Positions 19,837 through 29,236 of a stretch of 64,000 nucleotides of DNA are shown here, one piece after another. The notes beneath the pieces were generated by a model. The model was not told where the DNA came from. It did no database searches and worked only from the letters and a program-made list of their open reading frames with translations. Position numbers and translations under genes: made by a program. Numbering within the stretch: position 1 is the stretch's first letter; every line of letters starts with the position of its first letter. The stretch spans positions 7,775-71,774 of the forward strand of contig CACMDZ010000001.1 in assembly GCA_902612575.1 (NCBI GenBank), given 5' to 3'. The stretch is from an uncultured Pelagibacteraceae bacterium. GTDB lineage: Bacteria; Pseudomonadota; Alphaproteobacteria; Pelagibacterales; Pelagibacteraceae.

Positions 19837-20846
19837 TAAAAAGGTCTTGGGTTTTTTGGATAACCTAAATTTTTACAAGTTGCAGATTGTGGAGCAGTTT
19901 TACACAATACAACAACCCTAACTCCTTTAAGTTGAGATTGATCTGATAGTTGGCTTATGATTTCATTACATCCACTCCATAAATCTTCACACTTATCAGC
20001 TTTACCAACGTTAGAATATCTAATTTTAAGATCTGGAACTTCTAAACCTTCATTGGTTGCCTGATGCATATGGTGTCTGTATGGTCCAAATTTAAATCTA
20101 ACACTTGAGGCTCCTGCTAAAGTATCTCCGAAGTAACTGGATCTTAAAGTACCATCAATCCATAAATGCATAAAACCTTTTTCAGCCCACTTTATATTTA
20201 ATAAAATATTTACCCACTTACCCTTTAATGGAGAAAAGTTAGGATCAAGATTAACAACATAATGTTCTGGATAAAAGTATTCAGCGCCCACCACTTCATT
20301 TTCATACGCTGTATAATTTGGAGAGTTAAAGTTCCATGTAAATCTATTATTTACAATGGCAAACGATCCATCATGGGTTTTTTCGCCTTTACCGTAAAGT
20401 TTTTTAAAATCAAATAAAGATATTGTATGCTTGTCAGTTCTTATATCCTCTGGAACGAAATAACCAACTCTGTACCATTTTGTTTTATTTTTTTTTGTAG
20501 TTTCTTTATAAGGTTCCATGATTTGAAATCTTTGAGCATGACCCTCAATGCCAAATCTTTTCCAATCGAGTTTATGACCTTTATATGAATACTTTAAATC
20601 GAATTCTATTCCTTTTTCAGCAACACCAAGTCTATCCTCAAGCTTGTCAAAAAATTTATAAATATTTGGATTTTTAATATTTCTTGTATTAAAAACCATT
20701 TTGTTATCTGATTGAGCTTTAAGGACATAATTAGCAAAATCTTTTTTTTCTTTTTTCTTCATATTAATATGCCACTTTTCTGCAAAAACAGTCGTGTTTA
20801 AGAAAAAAATTAAAGAAAAAAGGGTTAATAAGAATTTTTTCATCAA
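19836..20846 (-). CDS. Second, more divergent secreted polysaccharide-lyase-fold protein
   Basis: Signal peptide; KWYRVGYFVP, KWVNILLNIKW, HLWIDG, FKFGPYR align with the same pattern as the neighbour. Confidence 0.55.
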   Translation of the reverse strand: MMKKFLLTLFSLIFFLNTTVFAEKWHINMKKKEKKDFANYVLKAQSDNKMVFNTRNIKNPNIYKFFDKLEDRLGVAEKGIEFDLKYSYKGHKLDWKRFGIEGHAQRFQIMEPYKETTKKNKTKWYRVGYFVPEDIRTDKHTISLFDFKKLYGKGEKTHDGSFAIVNNRFTWNFNSPNYTAYENEVVGAEYFYPEHYVVNLDPNFSPLKGKWVNILLNIKWAEKGFMHLWIDGTLRSSYFGDTLAGASSVRFKFGPYRHHMHQATNEGLEVPDLKIRYSNVGKADKCEDLWSGCNEIISQLSDQSQLKGVRVVVLCKTAPQSATCKNLGYPKNPRPF

Positions 20847-22000
20847 ACTTTGAATAATTTGTCAGACAAGTTAACTACTTTATCTCCCCAGAAAACTTCT
20901 TTTTGGACTCTTTTAAAATCTATATCAAAAACGGAGGACATAGCTGATGCATAGACAGATCTAGCATCAATTGTTGAATTTAAATCTCTTCCTTCAAATA
21001 ATTCCTTTCGCTTAAGTCCTGGCCAGTCTGTATAAACTTGAGATTTTTTTAAAAGACCGCCTGCCATAAAAATTGCAGAACCATAACCATGCTCTGTTCC
21101 ACGACCTCCATTTTGTTTAATTGTTCTTCCAAATTCTGTTAAGGTTAAAACCAGAGTATTTTCTATCTCTGATCCTAGGCCTTTCTCTAAACTTTTAAAA
21201 ATTGAATCCATTTCAATCAAACTATCTGAATGTGAACCATTCACTCCACCCTGAGCAGCATGTGTATCAAATCCATCAACTTCAAAAACTGCAACCCTTG
21301 GACCATTGATTTTTTTTAGTTCTAAACCTGCCTTATGGGCTAATGATGAATTCTTTCTAGACATAGAGGTGCCTCCATTATTCATCATAGATCTGTTAGC
21401 AATTATCTCCATCATATTTGCTAAGTCATGTTCGGATTTATCTGCATAAACTGATTTCAAAAGTTGCAAAAGTTCTGTTCTTGGAAGTCTTTTTTTTGAA
21501 GGATAAAAATTATCATTACTAGGAATTCCTCTAAGAAGTAAAGGCATTGGTAATGCCAATGCAAGACCATCACCTTTTAATTCTGCTAACTTCATTCCTC
21601 TTCCTAACCAGCCAGTTTTTATGGAGTAAGGTATATGACCTCCTGTTTCCATTAAGTTTTGTCCGTCAAAATGAGATCTTTTAGTATATGGGATATTTGT
21701 TGCATGAACTATTGCTCCCAGATCGTTTTGCCACAAATTATGAAAATTTTTTAGTCTAGGATGAAGCGCAAAATCAGAATTTAATTTTATTGTTTCATCT
21801 AAAATCAAATCTTTTCTTCTTTTCTCAAAATTCTTATCTCCAATTATTGGAACAGCACACAAACCATCCATTCCACCTCTTAACATTATAACAACGAGAT
21901 TTTTTTTCTTGTCCGTATTTGCTAAAACTGGAAAATTAAAACCAGCTAAAAATAATGTAGTAGCTGAACCTTTTAAAAAATTTCTTCTTGATATCTTCAT
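20843..22000 (-). CDS. DUF1501 family protein with twin-arginine (Tat) signal
   Basis: SRRNFLK; LRGGMDGL, LHP, RSHFDGQ, TGWLGR, GFDTH, TEFGRT, GTEHG. Confidence 0.9.
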   Translation of the reverse strand: MKISRRNFLKGSATTLFLAGFNFPVLANTDKKKNLVVIMLRGGMDGLCAVPIIGDKNFEKRRKDLILDETIKLNSDFALHPRLKNFHNLWQNDLGAIVHATNIPYTKRSHFDGQNLMETGGHIPYSIKTGWLGRGMKLAELKGDGLALALPMPLLLRGIPSNDNFYPSKKRLPRTELLQLLKSVYADKSEHDLANMMEIIANRSMMNNGGTSMSRKNSSLAHKAGLELKKINGPRVAVFEVDGFDTHAAQGGVNGSHSDSLIEMDSIFKSLEKGLGSEIENTLVLTLTEFGRTIKQNGGRGTEHGYGSAIFMAGGLLKKSQVYTDWPGLKRKELFEGRDLNSTIDARSVYASAMSSVFDIDFKRVQKEVFWGDKVVNLSDKLFKV

Positions 22001-23424
22001 GATTTAAGCGTCTCCGGTAAATTAAATAATATTACATGTTTATGAACAAGCTCTTTATACTGATTTATAATTTGTAAAATTTCACTTGGATTATCATAAT
22101 TTTTTTCAATCATTTCTTCATAAAATTCAGTTGTCTGTGACTTGCCTGACTTTTTGTAATAAGCCTCTCTTGCATAAACCAGCCTTCTAATTAGTAACTC
22201 TGGTGACATCCAATCCTCTGAAATATCTGACCACCCATTTGGTTGTTTTGCTAAATAAGGATGTTGTCCAAGCTCATCCATCAACCTTTCTAGAGCTCTT
22301 TGATCCTTAATCGGTTTATTTCCAAGTTGATAAAGATCCATAAATGAAGGAGATGGGATTAAATCAACATCAGCCATTTTGCTCATTTGTAATAGCCAGT
22401 TTTCTGGATTCTGAAATTTATTATATTTATCAGAATAATTAAAAGCAACTTCTATAGCAGCTTTGTGAACCTCTGGTAAAAAACCATCTGATTTTTCCCA
22501 GGCTTTTATAATTGGTTCCATCATTTCCTCAGTCGGATTATCTGTGATTAAATATCTACAGAGTTTCATTGCAATAAACTTTCTGCAGGAAGGGTGATTA
22601 ACAAGATCTGTGATTGCAACTGATAAACTTTTTCTACCTCTTTTATATTTTTTACCTAAAACTATTTTAGTACCTGGCTCATGGGCATCAGGGTTGAAAT
22701 GGACATCGCCTGTCTCTAATCTTTTCTTTCCCCACTTAGGTCTCCAACCACTCATAATATATGCCATTTGGATAACATCTTCTTGTGTATATCCACAATC
22801 TGGCGACACAGTATGAAGTTCAAGAAGCTCCCTTGCATGATTTTCATTTACACCTTTTATTTTCCCTTTTTCTCTTGCCCATTTAGCTTCTTGACTCTTA
22901 GGTCCTATGTTCTGTTCATTATCTAAGTGATGTATCATCGACCAACCAATAGTTGCCTGTTGAGCCATTTTTTCAAAATTTTGATTCATGTTAGCTCTAA
23001 TGATCTCTCTTTGGTAAGCACCTGTTGTATACTGTGCTAAAAAATCTTTTTCACTGATTGCGAAATGATTTCCCCAGAAGTACCAAAGTTTTGCTAAAAC
23101 TGGTGTTTCACTTTTTAATGCCTCTGAATACCTTATACAAAGTTCAAGGTTCCACCAAAATTTTTGACCAGTTGCATGCCTTAACTTATTTTTTTCCCTT
23201 TTGTAGCCTTCTTTGTCATTTTTAAATTTTTTTCTTAGAACTTTTCTATCTCCATAAACGTAATCTCGATAATAATTTCTAAGTTCTTTCTCTGGTAAAA
23301 TTTTCCCCTTCCAAGAAAATTCAGGAATATCGTTCAATTGATTTGTTGCCCATATTAATGGATCAGAGGGTGTTTTATCGTCTGGTCCAAGTCCAAATGC
23401 TACTTTACGATAAAAATTTTTCAT
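21997..23424 (-). CDS. DUF1800 family protein
   Basis: FWGNHF, LDN, NENHARELLELHT, YTQEDV, GQ.P....PNGW. Confidence 0.9.
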   Translation of the reverse strand: MKNFYRKVAFGLGPDDKTPSDPLIWATNQLNDIPEFSWKGKILPEKELRNYYRDYVYGDRKVLRKKFKNDKEGYKREKNKLRHATGQKFWWNLELCIRYSEALKSETPVLAKLWYFWGNHFAISEKDFLAQYTTGAYQREIIRANMNQNFEKMAQQATIGWSMIHHLDNEQNIGPKSQEAKWAREKGKIKGVNENHARELLELHTVSPDCGYTQEDVIQMAYIMSGWRPKWGKKRLETGDVHFNPDAHEPGTKIVLGKKYKRGRKSLSVAITDLVNHPSCRKFIAMKLCRYLITDNPTEEMMEPIIKAWEKSDGFLPEVHKAAIEVAFNYSDKYNKFQNPENWLLQMSKMADVDLIPSPSFMDLYQLGNKPIKDQRALERLMDELGQHPYLAKQPNGWSDISEDWMSPELLIRRLVYAREAYYKKSGKSQTTEFYEEMIEKNYDNPSEILQIINQYKELVHKHVILFNLPETLKS

Positions 23425-23442
23425 AAATTATTTTAAAATATA

Positions 23443-24312
23443 CTATTTTAAAATGTCAATATCTGAAATATTTGTTAAAGAATTATTAAATTCTGTCATA
23501 TTTTCTCTTCCTGAGATTTTTAGAATAACTAAACCAAAAATAATGATTAAAGCTAAAGGTATTGCTGTAATTACACTTATATAATCAGCAATTATTATTA
23601 AATATATCGAATAAAATGCTATTGATCTAAAGATCACCCCAGTTTTAAACACAGCGATAATAGCTAGAGAATGATTTATTAAGTTTAAAAAACTCATCTT
23701 GGAAGGACCAAAATATCTTGAGCCTCTTATTGATGGAGAATTAATTAAATTACTTTCAGTTTTTGCCAAAGATCCTGAAAAACTGCTCCAAGTTGCTTTC
23801 TCTTCAATTAATTTCTTAACAGTTTTCTTTGTAAGACAAGTGAAATTTCCAAATTTTATAAATTTTCCTGTAAATGTAAAAGTAATTATTTTGTGAAAAA
23901 AATAACAGATTTTAAAAATTAAACCTTCTGATCTTTTTACTCTTTCTCCAACAATACTTTTATTAGGATTATCCTTAATCTTTTCTACAAAGTTTTTGAT
24001 CTCTTCAGGTCTATCTTCTCCATCACCATCCATAGGAATCACATAATCAAAATCTTCATTTTCTGAAATATGTTTTAGTCCAGCAGCAATGCATCTTGCA
24101 TGGCCCCTATTATTTCTCATATTTATTAATTTTAGTGATTTAATATTTGTTAAATTTGTATTTTCTAAATTTTTTTCTTCTGTTGATGCATCATTGATAA
24201 TAATTACAGAAAATGAAGCATTCAAATTAGAAATACTGCTATCAACTTCTTCGATTAATTTTGATGTAGATCTAAAGTCATTAAAGACTGGAATTAATAT
24301 TATAATATTCAT
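23443..24312 (-). CDS. Glycosyltransferase family 2 (polyprenol-phosphate glycosyltransferase, GtrB/ArnC-like)
   Basis: IPVFND, NDAS, NRGH, MDGDGED.P, R..G.SKM, two C-terminal TM helices. Confidence 0.85.
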   Translation of the reverse strand: MNIIILIPVFNDFRSTSKLIEEVDSSISNLNASFSVIIINDASTEEKNLENTNLTNIKSLKLINMRNNRGHARCIAAGLKHISENEDFDYVIPMDGDGEDRPEEIKNFVEKIKDNPNKSIVGERVKRSEGLIFKICYFFHKIITFTFTGKFIKFGNFTCLTKKTVKKLIEEKATWSSFSGSLAKTESNLINSPSIRGSRYFGPSKMSFLNLINHSLAIIAVFKTGVIFRSIAFYSIYLIIIADYISVITAIPLALIIIFGLVILKISGRENMTEFNNSLTNISDIDILK

Positions 24313-24437
24313 TAAGCCACAGAACCTATTAACCTAAATAAAGAGGCAAAAAAACCATAACCTGAAAGTTCTATTAAAACAATTATTCCAATAATGAATA
24401 AAAGTTTTTTGTTTTTTTGGTTTAATTGAAATTTCAT
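24312..24437 (-). CDS. 41-aa small membrane protein (not in the ORF track)
   Basis: Hand-translated MKFQLNQKNKKLLFIIGIIVLIELSGYGFFASLFRLIGSVA*; ATGA overlap with the upstream gene stop and TAATG overlap with the downstream start. Confidence 0.7.
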   Translation of the reverse strand: MKFQLNQKNKKLLFIIGIIVLIELSGYGFFASLFRLIGSVA

Positions 24438-25747
24438 TTATATTTTATACACTCCATATCTTTATTGCACATGAAAATATCCTTTGAACTATAAATCCAC
24501 TTTGGTCTTTCTGGAAGATGATAAGATATATTTCCTGCAATCCACTCATTACCCTTAACATATTCCATTTTTCCAAGATCATTTGCTTCTGTTTCATAAA
24601 AATTTTTAGCCTGTATAGCTAAATTTTTTCCATTAAAATCAGTTCTTTTGTCAGTTTTTGAAATAGAAACATATGCATATAAAATTGGGGAAATTAAAAA
24701 TAAGACTAAAAAGAGAGAAGTAAAAGCTTTCATTTTTTCAAAATTAATTTCAGATTTGAAAATATAAACAAAAAGCAAACCAAAACTTATATAAAACGGT
24801 GTCATCCACATAGTTCTTATTTTAACACCCATAGTAAAAGATGTTAAAAAAATAAATAAAAGAGGGATTACGTTTATTGATAACAAAAATAATAGTTTAT
24901 CGTCATTCAAATTAATATTTATTTTAAATTTTTTTATTAATACATAAATCATAAGTAAGAATGGTATCAATATTCCAATTTGTTTTAGTAAAAATATAAA
25001 TGGATGCATTAAATGACTGAAAATATTTACTTCATCTGATCCAGTTCTCATTAGTCCATAAGTTAAAGTTACATAATCATTCTCGGATAACCAAATAACA
25101 TGAGGAGATAAAATTAAAAAGAATGGAATTAAAGATACCAAACACTTTAAATTTGTTTTTTTGTTAATGATTAAATAAATTAAAAGAACAGCTATTGCTA
25201 AACCTAAATAGACAAATAAATATTTAGAAAGAAACCCAAGACCAGAAAAAAGACCTAGGAATATCCAATCTAATATTTTATTACTTTTAATTCCTTTCCA
25301 TAAATAAAAGATAGAAAGTGACCAAAAAGGGATGAGACATACGTTTACATTAAACTCGGGTGTAGTGAAGTTATAGAAATAAATACCCTCTAACAATAAA
25401 ACAGACAGAAAACTATAAATCTTATTTTCAAAAAAATCCTCTGCTAATTTAAAAATAACAAAAAATGAAACTAAAATGCAAATTTGACTTAATAAATAAT
25501 ACGCCCAATCTTGCGGTCCAAAAATAAAATAAATTATTTCCGGTAAAAAAGCACTCACCGGAGGATGTTTATTAAATCCCCAATCTAAATTGCTTCCCCA
25601 CGCTAGGGCTTCGATTGTATCTAATGGCAAATTATGATTTGTAAAAGTTGGAATCAATGTCCAGATCAATAAGTGTGATGTTATAAAAATATAAAATAAA
25701 TTGTTTATATTTTTTTTATAAATGGCCATTTTTATTAATTTATACAA
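24434..25747 (-). CDS. GT-C membrane glycosyltransferase (ArnT/GT39/GT83-like)
   Basis: DTIEALAWG.NLDWGFNKHPP, GFLSKY, PHVIW, many TM helices; likely start at 25729. Confidence 0.82.
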   Translation of the reverse strand: MYKLIKMAIYKKNINNLFYIFITSHLLIWTLIPTFTNHNLPLDTIEALAWGSNLDWGFNKHPPVSAFLPEIIYFIFGPQDWAYYLLSQICILVSFFVIFKLAEDFFENKIYSFLSVLLLEGIYFYNFTTPEFNVNVCLIPFWSLSIFYLWKGIKSNKILDWIFLGLFSGLGFLSKYLFVYLGLAIAVLLIYLIINKKTNLKCLVSLIPFFLILSPHVIWLSENDYVTLTYGLMRTGSDEVNIFSHLMHPFIFLLKQIGILIPFLLMIYVLIKKFKININLNDDKLLFLLSINVIPLLFIFLTSFTMGVKIRTMWMTPFYISFGLLFVYIFKSEINFEKMKAFTSLFLVLFLISPILYAYVSISKTDKRTDFNGKNLAIQAKNFYETEANDLGKMEYVKGNEWIAGNISYHLPERPKWIYSSKDIFMCNKDMECIKYK

Positions 25748-25758
25748 TTAATGCATTC

Positions 25759-25786
25759 TTGACACTTAATAAATGATGAATATATT
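25759..25786 (+). promoter_or_regulatory. Putative sigma70 promoter for dksA
   Basis: TTGACA-N16-TATATT, implying the real start codon is ATG at 25809. Confidence 0.6.
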
Positions 25787-25808
25787 CACCAAACTTATAA
25801 AATTGGGT

Positions 25809-26225
25809 ATGGTAAAGATCTCTAAAAAATATATTCCAAAAGAAACTGAAAAATACATGTGTGCAAAACATCTTGCATATTTTAAACAAAAATTAATGGA
25901 CTGGAAAAAAGATCTCAAGAAAACAAATAATGAAGCAATATTCAATGCCTCAATGGATGACAACAGTGCTTCAGCTGACATTGTTGATCAAGCAAGTTCA
26001 TATACAGAGAAAAATGTTGAAATGAGAGCGATCAACAGACAAATAAAATTAATTTCAAAAATTGATGGAGCTTTAAAAAAAATTCAAGATGGAACATATG
26101 GTTTTTGTGAGGAAACTGCTGAACCAATTGGTCTTAAAAGATTAATGGCAAGGCCAGTTGCAACTTTATGCATATCAGCTCAAGAGAAACACGAAAAGGA
26201 AGAAAAAGTTTACGCTGATATTTAA
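25809..26225 (+). CDS. dksA: RNA polymerase-binding transcription factor DksA
   Basis: DIVDQAS, KIDGAL..I.DGTYGFCEETAEPIGLKRL.ARP.ATLC; two-Cys alphaproteobacterial type; ORF track start is 25773. Confidence 0.93.
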   Translation: MVKISKKYIPKETEKYMCAKHLAYFKQKLMDWKKDLKKTNNEAIFNASMDDNSASADIVDQASSYTEKNVEMRAINRQIKLISKIDGALKKIQDGTYGFCEETAEPIGLKRLMARPVATLCISAQEKHEKEEKVYADI

Positions 26226-26848
26226 GGGTAGTCTATTTCAGCATCTTTATTTAATGCTTTAAATCCTTTGATAACTGCTGGACGTTTTGCAATATCAACG
26301 AACCATCTAGATAATCCCTTAAAGTTTTCTAATCCAATATCATGTCTTTTGTGACGTGCTATCCAAGACCATGTCGCAATATCAGCAATAGAATATTCTT
26401 TTCCAGCTAAATAGTCACTTGTTGATAGTCTTGCTTCCAAATCTTCGTATAACTTTCTAGTTATTTTAAAATATCTTTCCTCTCCCCATTCACTTTTTCC
26501 TTGGTGATAATAATGAAACTGATGATGTTGACCTATCATTGGGCCAATCAAACCCATTTGGGCCATCAACCACTGATTTATCTCTAATTTATTATTTTCT
26601 GGATAAAACATTTTACTTTTATCACCTAAGTACATCAATATTGCTCCTGACTCGAATATTGACTTTTTATTTTCGTGATCAGTAATCACTGGTATCTTAT
26701 TGAAAGGACTAATTTTTTTGAATTCAGCTTTGTGTTGTTCACCTTCGTTTAAGTTTACTTTGGTAATTTTGTAGTCAAAGCTTATCTCTTCCAACATTAT
26801 GCTAATTTTCCAACCATTAGGAGTATCGGCTGTAAATAGCTCGATCAT
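26222..26848 (-). CDS. Glutathione S-transferase (YfcG/YghU-like)
   Basis: TPNGWK, KIPVI, FESGAI, YSIADIA. Confidence 0.9.
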   Translation of the reverse strand: MIELFTADTPNGWKISIMLEEISFDYKITKVNLNEGEQHKAEFKKISPFNKIPVITDHENKKSIFESGAILMYLGDKSKMFYPENNKLEINQWLMAQMGLIGPMIGQHHQFHYYHQGKSEWGEERYFKITRKLYEDLEARLSTSDYLAGKEYSIADIATWSWIARHKRHDIGLENFKGLSRWFVDIAKRPAVIKGFKALNKDAEIDYP

Positions 26849-27860
26849 TATTTCACACCTAATCTGTCTTTTATAATGTTAGATGCAGTAGTAAATTCAA
26901 ACCTATATTTCTCCTTAGGTCTTGCATATTTAAAACATCCTCTAGCAGCTAAAGCACCTTCATGAAAACCAGATAATATTAATTTTAGTTTTCCTGGATA
27001 ATTACAAATATCGCCAATAGCAAAAATACCTTTTTTATTAGTTTCAAAATTTTCTGTATTAACTGGTATTGTTTTTTTATCTAAATTTAGTCCCCATTCA
27101 GCTATTGGCCCAAGCTGCATTATTAAACCAAAAAAACCTAAAACATAATCAGCCTTTAGAGTTTTGCTTTCACCTTCTTCGCTTTTAATCTCGACTTCCT
27201 CTAAAGATCCATTACCTTTCACATCTTTAATTGAGTACTTTGTAAATAAATTAATTTTATTTTTTTCACTTAGTTCTTTTATTTTTTGAACGCTTGCAGC
27301 TGCGCCTCTAAACTCATCTCTCCTATGTATAAGAGAAACTTTTGAAATATTTGACAATTCAATTGCCCAGTCAAGTGCACTATCTCCACCTCCAAAGATA
27401 GCTACTGACTTATCCTTAAAAATACTTTTGTCTTTAATTGAGTATAAAACTGTTTTGCCATCAAACTTTTCTGCACTCTTTGTCGGGAATTTTCGTGGTT
27501 CAAAAGAACCCACTCCCCCAGCAATTACTACATTTGGTGTGTTAAACTCTTTACCATTACTTGTTTTTACTATCCAACTTTCATTTTCTTGTCTTAGTTC
27601 TTGAACTCTATCATTTAAATGAAAGTTAAAGTTAAAGGGTTTTATTTGTTTAATTAAATTGTTTGTAAGTTCTTCCCCAGTACATTCAGGAACCGCTGGG
27701 ATATCATAAATTGGTTTATCTGGATAGAGTTCTATACATTGGCCGCCGATTTTATCTAAGTTATCAACTATTTCACATTTCAAGCCAATGATTCCTAATT
27801 GATGAGCACAAAACAATCCTGTTGGGCCTGCACCAATTATCACTACATCTGTTTTAATCA

Positions 27861-27861
<1 letters not shown>
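26848..27861 (-). CDS. Ferredoxin--NADP reductase (thioredoxin-reductase fold)
   Basis: GAGPTG, GGQCIELYPDKPIYDIP, GGGDSALDW, HRR, GD...YPGKLKLILSGFHE; no CxxC. Confidence 0.9.
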
Positions 27862-28181
<320 letters not shown>

Positions 28182-28197
28182 TCAATTTATATAAGCA

Positions 28198-28237
28198 CAA
28201 AAAAAAATAGGGCAAGTAATGAAACTTGCCCTATTTT
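28198..28237 (-). terminator. Rho-independent terminator after proteorhodopsin
   Basis: AAAATAGGGCAAGT-AATGAA-ACTTGCCCTATTTT, a 14-bp inverted repeat with a long T run on the minus strand. Confidence 0.88.
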
Positions 28238-28256
28238 ATATCGTAACTAACTGTTA

Positions 28257-29021
28257 CTATGCTCTTCTTGTAGAGTTAGAAACTGCGCAAGACCAGATAA
28301 TTAAACCAAATGCGATTTTATTAACAAAGTCTGCTAAGTTATAGATAACGTTTAATGCGTTAGCATCAATTCCACCTGTTAGGTAACCAAAAATGTAACC
28401 TAATGGGTAAATTGCCCAACCTACAGTAACAATCATTCTTAAAGCTCCAAATGCAGTTACTAAAGCTTTATTTCCAGATTTAGCAGCAACTTTTCCTGCT
28501 TCTCCTGAAAAGATTTCATAAAGAATGTAAATCCATCCAGCCATACCGATTATGAAACCTAGTGTAGCGTTGATGAATCCAGCTTCTCCAAGATATCCAC
28601 CTATTAACATAACTAGTGAACCAATTAAGATTCTCCAGAATATGTTTGTGTCAACTTTTCTTACTGCTGAAAGAATTAAGTAAAATTCTACTAGCTGTAG
28701 CGGTACAGTAATTAACCAGTCAATGTATCTGTATACAGTTGGAGTATCACCTGTTTCAACCCATACTGCTCTCATATACATATAGTGAATAAATGCTATA
28801 CCAGTTACTAATCCAGCTACGTTTACTGATTTTCTCCATTGAGAACCGACATTAGCCTGTTCCATAAAGAAAAACGCTGTAGCTGCTAACATACCCATTG
28901 AAATTAACCAAAACGAAATACCTACGAAATCGTCTGTAGCTAAAAAGGCTGTTGCCGCGTTAGCTGCTGTAGTTGCTCCAAAAAGCACTGCCGCTAAAGC
29001 TAACATTTTCATTGTCTTCAT
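28257..29021 (-). CDS. Proteorhodopsin, predicted blue-absorbing proton pump
   Basis: RYIDWLITVPLQLVEF (D97, T101, Q105, E108 equivalents), His in AFIHY, DFVNK retinal Lys; SD GAGGGAG places the start at 29021 (ORF track 29036). Confidence 0.97.
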   Translation of the reverse strand: MKTMKMLALAAVLFGATTAANAATAFLATDDFVGISFWLISMGMLAATAFFFMEQANVGSQWRKSVNVAGLVTGIAFIHYMYMRAVWVETGDTPTVYRYIDWLITVPLQLVEFYLILSAVRKVDTNIFWRILIGSLVMLIGGYLGEAGFINATLGFIIGMAGWIYILYEIFSGEAGKVAAKSGNKALVTAFGALRMIVTVGWAIYPLGYIFGYLTGGIDANALNVIYNLADFVNKIAFGLIIWSCAVSNSTRRA

Positions 29022-29236
29022 AAAAAACTCCCTCATAGTTAGTTTTTTTTATTAGTTTAAATTTAAACTACAGACTAATCTAATGATTAGTCTAAAGTTA
29101 GGGTTAGATAGCAAAAAAAATTACTTTATTGAAGAGTTTTTGACCGCTAAAAAGTATTGATTTTACTTACTTTGTGAAATTAAATACAACCTGTTACATA
29201 AAATCATTATAAAAGTGAGTTAAAAAGCAAATCAAT

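Noticed and set aside
15263-25747. Prophage or integrative element around umuDC
   Set aside because: No integrase, transposase, tRNA, phage genes or flanking direct repeats were seen, and composition looks like the rest of the window
26095-26180. DksA with only two Cys in the zinc-finger region
   Set aside because: This is the known alphaproteobacterial DksA type, not a pseudogene or novelty
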